Source of the DNA: a virus
Lineage: Duplodnaviria > Caudoviricetes
Direction: 5' to 3' (one strand)
Length of the DNA: 64,000 bases
IMG/VR virus record: IMGVR_UViG_3300020577_008668
Coordinates: 15,616-79,615 of that record
Shown here: in pieces, positions 56,151-64,000 of the stretch
Position numbering within the stretch: position 1 is the first letter of the stretch
Layout: every line of letters begins with the position of its first letter
Translations under genes and position numbers: made by a program
Notes under the pieces: generated by a model
Databases searched by the model: none
What the model was told of the DNA's origin: nothing
What the model saw: the letters and a program-made list of their open reading frames with translations, nothing else

Positions 56151-59100
56151 ATGACTGACCCAGTAGTTCCAATCCATTGCCATACCTCTTACTCAACATT
56201 GGATGGGGCAGCTAAAGTTAACGAGTTAGTTAAGCGGGCTTCCGAGTACGGACTTCCAGGGTTACATGTTAGCGATCATGGGCATCTGCGCGGTGCTGTA
56301 GACGTGTACAAAGAATGTCAAAAGTATGACATCAACTGTATCCTTGGTGAAGAATTTTACATGGCTGACGATAGGACTGAGAAGTCCGGGTCTGCCGGGG
56401 TTGGGACCATCGACGGTAGCGATAAAAGGTACTATCACCTGACATCTATGGCCTCAAATGAGGCAGGTTTTAGAAACCTTATCAAAATGTCATCCGAAGC
56501 TTTTCTTTCAGGGTATTACTATCAGCCTCGAACAGACTGGGAACTGTTAGAAAAATACCATGAAGGACTAATTGTTACCACAGGTTGCTTAGGTGGAAAG
56601 GTTCTTCAACAGTTACTCCATGGCGATTACGATGGGGCGCTAGAAACCACGGGTCGTTACGTTGACATTTTCGGAGCCGAAAACGTTTACGTTGAGCTAC
56701 AAGACCACGGTCTCGCTGATCAACGTAAAACTAACCCTTGGTTGATTGACATTGCAAAAAAGACCGGATTGAAGACTGTAGCAGCTCAAGATTTGCATTA
56801 CGTGGATCAGTCCGATGCCAAAAATCATTCCAGTTTGCTTTGCTGCCAAACAGGGTCGAAACTCTCTGACCCTGACAGGTTTCAATTTGGGTCTGATCAG
56901 TACTTTTTGCATACATCTGAACAGATGAGAGAACTGTTCTCCGAGGTCCCTGAAGCGTGTGATAGCACTTTGGAAATCAATGAGCGTTGCCGTATTAAAA
57001 TTGACTTTGATACAATGCACCTCCCCAAATTTGATGTTCCTGAAGGCTACGATTCTCCCACTACCTTTCTGAGCAAACTTGCATTCGACGGGTTGCTGGC
57101 AAAAGGGTTAACTTCACCAGAGTATTTTGAGCGGCTGTCGTATGAGCTTGGTGTCATTGACATGATGGGGGTTTCGTCTTACTTCCTTATCATGTGGGAC
57201 ATCTGTAAGTTTGCTAAACGACAAGGTATTCGGAGTGGACCGGGCAGAGGTAGTGCATGTGGGGCTATTCTTAGTTACTGTTTGGACATTACTGGAGTAG
57301 ACTCTATCAAGTATGATCTTTCCTTTGAAAGGTTCCTGAACCCAGCTAGAGTCAACTTGCCCGATATCGACACAGACTGGCAAACCGATAGGCGAGATGA
57401 GATTATCAACTATACTATTGAAAAGTATGGTAGAGATCATGTTGCTCAAGTCATCACCTTTTCAGAAATTCGTGCCAGAGCCGCTGTACGGGACGCTACC
57501 CGGATTCTAGGGATAGAACCACAAGTTGGGGACAAGATATCTAAGGCTATGCCCCCACTACATATGGGGGAACCTACCCCCATCAGTGGCTGCTTGGAGC
57601 ACTCTGAACGGTACGATTTTGGGTACAAGAATTCTGAAGAGTTCCGTCACCTTTACAAGTCTGATCTTAAATCAAAAGAGATCATTGATGTAGCTCAAGG
57701 GCTTGAGGGGCTTATTCGACAAGATGGTATTGGGGCTGCAGCTGTAGTTATTACCCCTGTTCCTCTGACTGATCTGGTTCCTATCCAGAAAAAACCAAAT
57801 AGTCCCGTGGTAACACAGTGGGATAAAAAGATCCTAGAGGAGTTAGGTATCCTCAAAATGGACTTTTTGGGCCTGAGAAACTTGGATGTATTGTCTCATG
57901 CCGTTTCTATGATCGGTGACAGTTTTGATTTAGAAACAATCCCTTTGGATGATTTTGAAACGTACAAACTTTTATCCTCAGGTGAAACTACTGGGGTGTT
58001 TCAGTTGTCTGATTCTGGAATGAAGTCTCTTTTAAAGAAAGTTCAACCTCAAAGAATTGAGGACCTGTCAGCGGTCTTAGCTTTGTACCGTCCTGGCCCT
58101 ATGGGGTCTAATATGCATAACGATTACGCTGACCGTAAAAATGGTCGGCAACCTGCTGTTCCGTTCCATGAGGACGCTACAGACATCCTTGCTGACACCT
58201 ATCAGGTATGTGTGTATCAGGAGCAGGTTTCTAAAATTGCTCAAAGGTTCGCCGGGTACAACGCTGTTGAAGCTGACTCTCTGAGGAAGATCATTGGGTC
58301 TAAAAATGTGGATAAGATGGCTGAGGAAAGGATAGTTTTCACAGCCGGATGCATAAAGCAAGGTTACGACGAACAGTTCAGTTCGGAACTGTTCGATATG
58401 ATTGAACACTTTGCCCGATACTCTTTTAATAAAAGTCACGCTCTTAGTTACAGCTTCATCTCGTATCAGACAGCTTACTTAAAAGCGCATTACCCTGCCG
58501 AGTACATGGCAGCTGTGTGCGCTTCTGTGTCTGATAACATAGAAAAATCTTCCGTGTACCTGTATGAAGCTAGGAGGATGGGGATCACAGTTGCTCCACC
58601 TAGTGTCATTAAGTCTAGAAAGGATTTCGTTGCTGTAGATGGAGACATCCTCGTGGGGCTTTCTTCGATCAGAAACGTAGGTGCGGTCACTGATCGAATC
58701 CTTGAGGAACGTGAAGTATCTCCATTCAAATCTTTTATTGACTTCTTGAAAAGAGTTAATCCTAACACTAGAGAATTGAAGTCTTTAGCTCAGGCGGGGG
58801 CTTTGGACGAGTTCGGTTCCCGTTGGGGTATTGTTTCAGTAGCTGAAGAACTTTTGAGCCAGGTGAGGAAAGATAAGAAAAAACAAGTCGAGTCTTTGTT
58901 TGATATTGATGAGATGATCGCTATCGAAATACCCACCCAAGAGTACCCTCTGATTCAAAAGATGGCTTTAGAAAAAGAAGTTGTTGGAATTTACATTTCG
59001 GGGCACCCTTTGGACGACACCACCCCTCTTAAGTGGCAGGTGCAAGACCTTTATAATGTTCCTGAGGATCAATGGGTAGATGTGTTGGCTGTGGTTTCAG

Positions 59101-59555
59101 GTGTAGATGTTAAAACCACTCGTGCCGGAGCTAAGATGGCAGTTCTTCAGTTAGAAGATCAGACGGGGGTATTGGAAGCGATAATTTTCCCTAAAACTTA
59201 TGAGAAAATATCTGCCCCTAAGTTGGGGGATGTAATTACGGCAGGGTTTCGGATTGGTAGAGATAGGGAAGATCAACGAAATTTCATTTTGAACAGGTTT
59301 GAAGTTCATTCTCAGGATAGTAAAAGCGTAGAACAGGATACTATGAAGTTTTTCCTTCCTAAAGGTTTCTCGTTGCACGACATGTACATTTCTAAACTGA
59401 AAGGCATTCTAGTTTCACACCCTGGAAAGGTGCCTGTGTTGTTTTGGATTAGCCGGACGACCACTATGGAGCTGTCAGAAAGCTTTAACGTGGACGTTTC
59501 TGATGCCCTTTTAGCTGAGGTTAAGGATCTATTCCAATCCTTCGCTTCCCGTTAG
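56151..59555 (+). CDS. dnaE: DNA polymerase III alpha subunit
   Basis: PHP IHCHTSYSTLDG, GPGRGSA, ERFLNPARVNLPDIDTD, KMDFLGL, FNKSHA, OB-fold. Confidence 0.97.
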   Translation: MTDPVVPIHCHTSYSTLDGAAKVNELVKRASEYGLPGLHVSDHGHLRGAVDVYKECQKYDINCILGEEFYMADDRTEKSGSAGVGTIDGSDKRYYHLTSMASNEAGFRNLIKMSSEAFLSGYYYQPRTDWELLEKYHEGLIVTTGCLGGKVLQQLLHGDYDGALETTGRYVDIFGAENVYVELQDHGLADQRKTNPWLIDIAKKTGLKTVAAQDLHYVDQSDAKNHSSLLCCQTGSKLSDPDRFQFGSDQYFLHTSEQMRELFSEVPEACDSTLEINERCRIKIDFDTMHLPKFDVPEGYDSPTTFLSKLAFDGLLAKGLTSPEYFERLSYELGVIDMMGVSSYFLIMWDICKFAKRQGIRSGPGRGSACGAILSYCLDITGVDSIKYDLSFERFLNPARVNLPDIDTDWQTDRRDEIINYTIEKYGRDHVAQVITFSEIRARAAVRDATRILGIEPQVGDKISKAMPPLHMGEPTPISGCLEHSERYDFGYKNSEEFRHLYKSDLKSKEIIDVAQGLEGLIRQDGIGAAAVVITPVPLTDLVPIQKKPNSPVVTQWDKKILEELGILKMDFLGLRNLDVLSHAVSMIGDSFDLETIPLDDFETYKLLSSGETTGVFQLSDSGMKSLLKKVQPQRIEDLSAVLALYRPGPMGSNMHNDYADRKNGRQPAVPFHEDATDILADTYQVCVYQEQVSKIAQRFAGYNAVEADSLRKIIGSKNVDKMAEERIVFTAGCIKQGYDEQFSSELFDMIEHFARYSFNKSHALSYSFISYQTAYLKAHYPAEYMAAVCASVSDNIEKSSVYLYEARRMGITVAPPSVIKSRKDFVAVDGDILVGLSSIRNVGAVTDRILEEREVSPFKSFIDFLKRVNPNTRELKSLAQAGALDEFGSRWGIVSVAEELLSQVRKDKKKQVESLFDIDEMIAIEIPTQEYPLIQKMALEKEVVGIYISGHPLDDTTPLKWQVQDLYNVPEDQWVDVLAVVSGVDVKTTRAGAKMAVLQLEDQTGVLEAIIFPKTYEKISAPKLGDVITAGFRIGRDREDQRNFILNRFEVHSQDSKSVEQDTMKFFLPKGFSLHDMYISKLKGILVSHPGKVPVLFWISRTTTMELSESFNVDVSDALLAEVKDLFQSFASR

Positions 59556-59582
59556 TTCCATAGGTGAGCTAATGGGGTTGCT

Positions 59583-59804
59583 GTGGATGATCAAGAAGAG
59601 TTAGAGCGCATTTTTGTAGCAATGTATTTGGATGCAAATGCTCACTTTCACTGCGATCATTCTCTTCATTCGTGGCCTTGTGGGATGTGGGATGCGTCTT
59701 CTTCCCCTATAGCAAATCTTTCTTGGGGAGATCTTTATGAGCACGGGATTGTTCCCGTTTATTGGAGAGTTTTAACGGAGGACCCTGATGGGAAAACATC
59801 ATGA
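59583..59804 (+). CDS. hypothetical protein
   Basis: GTG start; ATGA overlap. Confidence 0.55.
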   Translation: MDDQEELERIFVAMYLDANAHFHCDHSLHSWPCGMWDASSSPIANLSWGDLYEHGIVPVYWRVLTEDPDGKTS

Positions 59805-59932
59805 GTGAAGGTAAATGGTCTCAGTCGCGTAGGAAGAAAGCTTCTGAACGCAAAGAGTTGCAGAGGCTTCATCAGTTTGAGATTTACAAGATGGAACGTA
59901 AACCTCAAAAGAAATTCAGAGAGGAAGATTGA
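59801..59932 (+). CDS. small basic protein (43 aa), not in the ORF track
   Basis: MSEGKWSQSRRKKASERKELQRLHQF; coupled to upstream gene. Confidence 0.45.
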   Translation: MSEGKWSQSRRKKASERKELQRLHQFEIYKMERKPQKKFREED

Positions 59933-59936
59933 TTCT

Positions 59937-60608
59937 ATGAGTGAGGTTCGACCACACCCAGCGAAGTTTTCAAAACCTATTTTAGAAAAGTTAGAAGATT
60001 TAACATCAACTTTACCTGATGGAGCTAGGGTTCTAGACCCGTTCGCTGGTGTCGGTGGGGTGCATTCTTTGACTAGGTTTGACACTGTTGGGGTAGAGTT
60101 AGAGCCTGAGTGGGCTAACGCCCATGATCGCACCTTGGTGGGTGACTCAAGGTTTTTGAGCATCCTATTCGGCTTTGAAATATTTGATGCTGTCATCACT
60201 TCTCCAGGTTATGCCTCTAGAATGAGTGACCGTTACGCTGGTGATCCCAAGGGATCTAAACGTGTCACGTACCGTGTTTCTCTTGGTAGACCTCTTACCG
60301 ATGGGTCTGGGGCTGCTGTCCAGTGGTCGTCAGCTAAAGAAATTTCTGAGTACAAAGCTATTCATAAGGCTGTCTGGGAGTCTTGTTTCCAGGTTTTGAA
60401 ACATGACGGGTTGTTGTTACTTAATGTTAGCAACCATATCCGCAAAGGAGAAGAGCAGCTAGTTAGCGAATGGCATAGGCTTTGTCTTGAAGAGGTCGGG
60501 TTTGTGATTGATCAAATTTATCATGTGAAAACTCAGCGCATGAAAATGGGAGCAAACTCCAATCTTCGTGTTCTCCATGAAAATATTGTGGTAGCGTATA
60601 AACCGTAA
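59937..60608 (+). CDS. DNA amino (N4-C/N6-A) methyltransferase
   Basis: HPAKF, motif I LDPFAGVG, motif IV TSPGY. Confidence 0.85.
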   Translation: MSEVRPHPAKFSKPILEKLEDLTSTLPDGARVLDPFAGVGGVHSLTRFDTVGVELEPEWANAHDRTLVGDSRFLSILFGFEIFDAVITSPGYASRMSDRYAGDPKGSKRVTYRVSLGRPLTDGSGAAVQWSSAKEISEYKAIHKAVWESCFQVLKHDGLLLLNVSNHIRKGEEQLVSEWHRLCLEEVGFVIDQIYHVKTQRMKMGANSNLRVLHENIVVAYKP

Positions 60609-60637
60609 CACCATCTATTTATAAAGAAAGGTCCTTT

Positions 60638-61621
60638 GTGGCTAAAAGAGCGGTTAGTAAAAGTTTAGATGATCTTAAAGATCAAATCACTAAAAGCTTA
60701 GGTGAAGGTGTCATCGGTTTTCTTAACGATGACGTGTTAGATGTCCCCAAGCTTTCAACAGGTATTCTTGCTGTTGACAAGATCACAGGTGGAGGGTTCC
60801 CTCAAGGTATGTTTGTTGAAATCTCAGGTCCTTTAGCAAGTGGAAAAAGTTCGATTGCTCAAAGGACAGTTGCTGAGGTTCAAAAAACGGGTGGGGCTGC
60901 CATCTACGTTGATTTAGAGAACTCTCTTGATCCACACATGTTGAGCACAGCAGGGGTCGACACAAAGTCTCTGATGGTGGCACAGCCGTCCACATCAGAA
61001 GACACCCTGGAGGTCCTAGAGGCGGCTGTGAGCACACCTGACGTGTCGCTGGTGGTTGTGGACTCTGTGGCGGGGATGATCCCTCGTGCTGAAATGGAGG
61101 GAGACTGGTCGGACGCTGTGGTCGGTCTTCAGGCCCGTCTTATGTCCAAGGGGATGCGTCGCCTTCAAGCACAGATGAGGAACGCAAATTCTGACGTCAC
61201 CGTGATTTTCTTAAATCAACTTCGAGCCAATATTGGCTCTATGGGGTATGGTCCTCAAACTACTACAACGGGAGGGAAGGCGTTAGGATTTTGGGCTGCT
61301 ACACGCCTTGAGGTAAGTAGGATTAAGAACATTGGGGCGACAGATAGTGTGATTGGTCATCAGGTGAAGGTGAAGGTGACTAAGAATCGTCACGCTGCAC
61401 CTTTTCAGCTTGCCACGTTTGACATCTACTATGATTCAGGTGTTAGTAATGAGAGCACGTTGTTGGATTGGGCTATTGAGGCTGGATTAATTAGAGCGTC
61501 AGGGGCTTGGTATAGTGATGTGGAAACGGGTGAAAAATTAGGGCAAGGAAAGGTGGCTGCGTTAGGTGCCCTTTCTGACCCTGAAGTTTCTCAAAGGTAT
61601 TTAGCTCAGTTGGGTTTTTGA
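60638..61621 (+). CDS. recA: RecA recombinase
   Basis: STGILAVD, GPLASGKS, VVVDSVA, GLQARLMS, NQLR, TTGGKALGFWA, KVTKNR. Confidence 0.97.
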   Translation: MAKRAVSKSLDDLKDQITKSLGEGVIGFLNDDVLDVPKLSTGILAVDKITGGGFPQGMFVEISGPLASGKSSIAQRTVAEVQKTGGAAIYVDLENSLDPHMLSTAGVDTKSLMVAQPSTSEDTLEVLEAAVSTPDVSLVVVDSVAGMIPRAEMEGDWSDAVVGLQARLMSKGMRRLQAQMRNANSDVTVIFLNQLRANIGSMGYGPQTTTTGGKALGFWAATRLEVSRIKNIGATDSVIGHQVKVKVTKNRHAAPFQLATFDIYYDSGVSNESTLLDWAIEAGLIRASGAWYSDVETGEKLGQGKVAALGALSDPEVSQRYLAQLGF

Positions 61622-61790
61622 GAAAGAGCTGGCAAACCGTACCCATGATATTTTTTTTAGCTAGGATGTGGTGTTCTTATTGTAACCAACAATTCTTGTC
61701 AGAATACGGAGCCTTTCAGCCTCTCCCCAAAGAGGCGCTTGTCGAATGTCTGTATGTGAGATGATAAAGGTTACCTTCAAAGGTGAATAC

Positions 61791-62006
61791 TTACATTGGG
61801 AAAGGGTGTAACAGTTGCCAACTGGCCCAATCTGATGATAACCAGCTATCGAGGCCTTCGCTATCTTCAATGGTATGCATGTAGGCTCCACTTGCATGAT
61901 TAGCCTGGAATCCACAATTTAAGCAGAGTATCTGGTTTGTAATGCTTATGAACCTAATATGCTCTGCGAAGCATCTAATATAAATATCTTCATTTAGTTC
62001 GATCAT
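61791..62006 (-). CDS. small Zn-ribbon protein
   Basis: start MIEL after an aggatagg RBS; C-x15-CLNCGF. Confidence 0.55.
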   Translation of the reverse strand: MIELNEDIYIRCFAEHIRFISITNQILCLNCGFQANHASGAYMHTIEDSEGLDSWLSSDWASWQLLHPFPM

Positions 62007-62028
62007 TAAGATCCTATCCTTCGAACAG

Positions 62029-62062
62029 ATAAGGGCCGGAGAGTTTCCTCTCCGGCCCTTAT
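62029..62062. terminator. perfect 15-bp hairpin after the transglycosylase gene
   Basis: ataagggccggagag-tttc-ctctccggcccttat. Confidence 0.75.
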
Positions 62063-62097
62063 CGTATTTCCCTTCAGGGGGTGTCGTCAATCGTGGG

Positions 62098-62532
62098 TCA
62101 CATCTGCCAGGGTTTCGTTCCGTTGGTGCGGTATAGGTCGAGCATGGCTTTGATGTTGCAGTCAGGGTTGGCCCATTGTTGCGGGGTGCATCCTACTTTG
62201 TAGTAGCGGTTGGAGTGGACGCTAAGGAGAAGTTGACCGCATCCTCTGGCTGTGCTTTTAGGGTTGGCTGCTGTGGGGGTGTTGCGAGATTCTCGCCACA
62301 CTATTTGTCGTGCCCATGCACGGCTACTGGCAGGCCAATGTTTTTCGATTGCCTGATAGCAGTCTACTGATGGTTGTGATGTTTGTGATTTGATGTTGTT
62401 GATTATTTGTTGCTGTTGCTGTGGGTTGAGGGCTTTAAAGATTTCTAACTGTTGGGGGGTACAGGATGCTCCTAGGACGGTAAGCCCTAGGGTTAGGGGA
62501 ATCAGGGTGCGTTTAAGTAGTGTGGGTAACAT
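62098..62532 (-). CDS. lytic transglycosylase (SLT-like) with lipoprotein-like signal peptide
   Basis: MLPTLLKR, hydrophobic stretch, LGASC; catalytic IVWRES, GCGQL, NPDCNIKAM. Confidence 0.85.
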   Translation of the reverse strand: MLPTLLKRTLIPLTLGLTVLGASCTPQQLEIFKALNPQQQQQIINNIKSQTSQPSVDCYQAIEKHWPASSRAWARQIVWRESRNTPTAANPKSTARGCGQLLLSVHSNRYYKVGCTPQQWANPDCNIKAMLDLYRTNGTKPWQM

Positions 62533-62559
62533 AGGCTTTTCCTTCGTTGGACAATAAAT

Positions 62560-62603
62560 GAAAGGTGAGCCGTTCGACCTTCCGGCCGTTACGGCTCACC
62601 CTC
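62560..62603 (-). promoter_or_regulatory. 5' leader hairpin with GNRA tetraloop
   Basis: GAGGGUGAGCCGU-AAC-GGCC-GGAA-GGUC-GA-ACGGCUCACCUUUC. Confidence 0.6.
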
Positions 62604-62605
62604 TT

Positions 62606-62634
62606 ATATTACGACATGGTTAAGCTTTTAGCAA
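62606..62634 (-). promoter_or_regulatory. SigA-like promoter of the transglycosylase gene
   Basis: TTGCTA-N17-TAATAT on the minus strand. Confidence 0.7.
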
Positions 62635-62898
62635 GCAGTCTCCCCATTTGGCACATCGTTCCCGAGCAGCCTGATCAACGTAGCGATCCCATTTAACCGT
62701 CGATGTACTTAGGACCCCGTAATCTCTGAAGAATTCATCAAAAGGTGGATGGTATGCCCAATGTTTGGTTTCAAAAAACGTGTGGTCATCTGTAGCCGAG
62801 TATCCGCAGTTGAAACAGAAGTTAATGGTGTTGCTTCTGGAATCGAAACGCATCAGGTGATCTTGGCAACAGAGTTCATTGAACAGCATGGGCATCAT
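62620..62898 (-). CDS. small Zn-ribbon protein
   Basis: CCQDH...FCFNCGY. Confidence 0.6.
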   Translation of the reverse strand: MMPMLFNELCCQDHLMRFDSRSNTINFCFNCGYSATDDHTFFETKHWAYHPPFDEFFRDYGVLSTSTVKWDRYVDQAARERCAKWGDCLLKA

Positions 62899-63074
62899 AG
62901 GGGTATCCTTTCGTCATGTGGGTGCTCAGCTAGCTAGATGGCGTTGTAAGCGACGCAGTGGGCTCCAGGCCCTGACCCTCCATCCCGGAGCCCCCCCCCG
63001 TCCTGTGGCCTCTGAGGGGGCTCTGGTGGACAAGTACAGGAAACGGTCGTTTGTGGGGGCGGTGGGGGCGGTGG

Positions 63075-63105
63075 CAGACGTTCGGGGTGTCCGGGGACGG
63101 GTCAG
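63075..63105. repeat. 31-nt exact direct repeat, second copy at 63889-63919
   Basis: cagacgttcggggtgtccggggacgggtcag; encodes DPSPDTPNVC on the minus strand. Confidence 0.95.
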
Positions 63106-63260
63106 ACATCGGGAGACTCCTGTCGCTGGTGGTAGACGATCGCCCATGACCTGCCGATGCGTTCGACCGCAGGCCCGCACGGACAAGACGTCGACTTGGC
63201 GTGCTGCCCGTCGAGTTCGTTCAACGGGATGTCGTGCGAGTAGCGGATGATGCGTTCCAT
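63102..63260 (-). CDS. small Cys/His protein
   Basis: MERIIRYSH...H...CPCGP; coupled to upstream gene. Confidence 0.5.
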   Translation of the reverse strand: MERIIRYSHDIPLNELDGQHAKSTSCPCGPAVERIGRSWAIVYHQRQESPDV

Positions 63261-63460
63261 CACCAGACCGTCTGGTCGTAGCCGCGGCCATCGCACGCCG
63301 AGCACGGGCACAGCTCGCCATCGCAGCGAGGGTCGCAGCACTGGATCGGGTCGTCGCACTCGCCCCATCCGTCGCCGCCGCACCATGAGCACTCCGGGTG
63401 CTGGTCATCGTCGATCAGCCCGGCTGCGCTCGGGTTCGGGATGGGTGCGTCAGGCGCCAT
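63260..63460 (-). CDS. small Cys-rich Zn-finger-like protein
   Basis: CSWCGGDG...CSACDGRG (DnaJ-like CxxCxGxG motifs). Confidence 0.6.
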   Translation of the reverse strand: MAPDAPIPNPSAAGLIDDDQHPECSWCGGDGWGECDDPIQCCDPRCDGELCPCSACDGRGYDQTVW

Positions 63461-63968
63461 CGTCGGCCTCCAGGGCGTCAGCTAGACGGAGGAGCAGGTC
63501 GACTGCGGCGGGTGCAGAGGTCGGCACGACGATGTCGCCGGACTCGATCAGCGCGTCAGCGACGGCACGGGCGTCTCCCGCCGCCGCCTTGATGCGGTCG
63601 AGCTGGCGGAGCTGGGCCGCAGCGGCACGGATGTCGGCGGCGAACGAGTACCCCACGATCGGCACATGCCCCGGTTCGGCCCGTTCGTCGAGGCGCTCAG
63701 CGAGGCCGGGGGTGGGTGTCTCCGGGGTCTCAGCCACGGTCGGCCTCCCGACGCTCGCCCTTGCACGACGGGCGACGCAGCGGTCGAAGGTGGAGCGGGC
63801 CATGACGCCGACCTCGTTGCCTTCGTCGTCAACAAGCCAGACCTCGCCATCGACGAACTGGGCGCGCACCAGCACTTCCGCGGTGGGACAGACGTTCGGG
63901 GTGTCCGGGGACGGGTCAGGCATCGGGGGACCATGCACTCGTTCCATGATCCAGACCATCCGCTCCAC
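63450..63968 (-). CDS. hypothetical actinophage protein, start uncertain
   Basis: high-GC ORF; may begin upstream or at MPDPSP. Confidence 0.55.
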   Translation of the reverse strand: MERMVWIMERVHGPPMPDPSPDTPNVCPTAEVLVRAQFVDGEVWLVDDEGNEVGVMARSTFDRCVARRARASVGRPTVAETPETPTPGLAERLDERAEPGHVPIVGYSFAADIRAAAAQLRQLDRIKAAAGDARAVADALIESGDIVVPTSAPAAVDLLLRLADALEADDGA

Positions 63969-64000
63969 GCCGTCGTCGTAGCCTTCGTGGTAGGTGCACA

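Noticed and set aside
59805-59936. N-terminal extension of the methyltransferase ORF
   Set aside because: A separate coupled 43-aa gene occupies another frame, and family motifs start at Met 59937.
52272-61621. Further inteins or introns in primase-helicase, DnaE or RecA
   Set aside because: Lengths and motif spacing are normal, and no C...HN blocks were seen.
62533-62620. c-di-AMP (ydaO) riboswitch before the transglycosylase
   Set aside because: The leader is too short and lacks the GGGAAC/GGGGUGAAUC elements; kept only as an unnamed hairpin.
1-64000. Stop-codon reassignment, integrase/attP, or intact tRNA cluster
   Set aside because: Conserved genes are full length under the standard code and end in all three stop codons. 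No recombinase or canonical tRNA was seen, so lifestyle cannot be called from this window.

Overview
The window is most of a tailed dsDNA phage genome (siphovirus-like) of an actinobacterial host. WhiB and a tail repeat I associate with Acidimicrobiia point to that host. Layout: (i) 275-3081, a GC-rich patchwork of small, duplicated and truncated genes. (ii) 3091-12002, a Holliday-junction resolvase followed by a coupled 11-gene glycan operon (7 glycosyltransferases, 3 SAM methyltransferases, 1 GDP-mannose-3,5-epimerase-like enzyme). (iii) 12041-46888, the packaging, head and tail module: terminase with an atypical mini-intein, portal, protease, scaffold, capsid, a further GT4, major tail, frameshifted chaperone, a 2751-aa tape measure with a zincin cargo domain, and glycan/Ig-domain tail-tip proteins. 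(iv) 47192-61621, replication and recombination genes (exonuclease, AAA ATPase, SSB, primase-helicase, WhiB, HNH, DnaE, DNA methyltransferase, RecA) with a degenerate tRNA-like element. (v) 61791-64000, minus-strand accessory genes including a lipoprotein-like lytic transglycosylase and a second GC-rich patchwork. No integrase, reverse transcriptase, CRISPR array or classical endolysin-holin cassette is visible. The best candidate for a new system is a phage-encoded glycan pathway (possibly L-galactosylated and O-methylated) for virion or host-surface glycosylation. Runners-up are a terminase Hint domain lacking the +1 nucleophile and a four-hairpin RNA after the capsid gene. All family calls come from motif recognition by eye; no searches were run.
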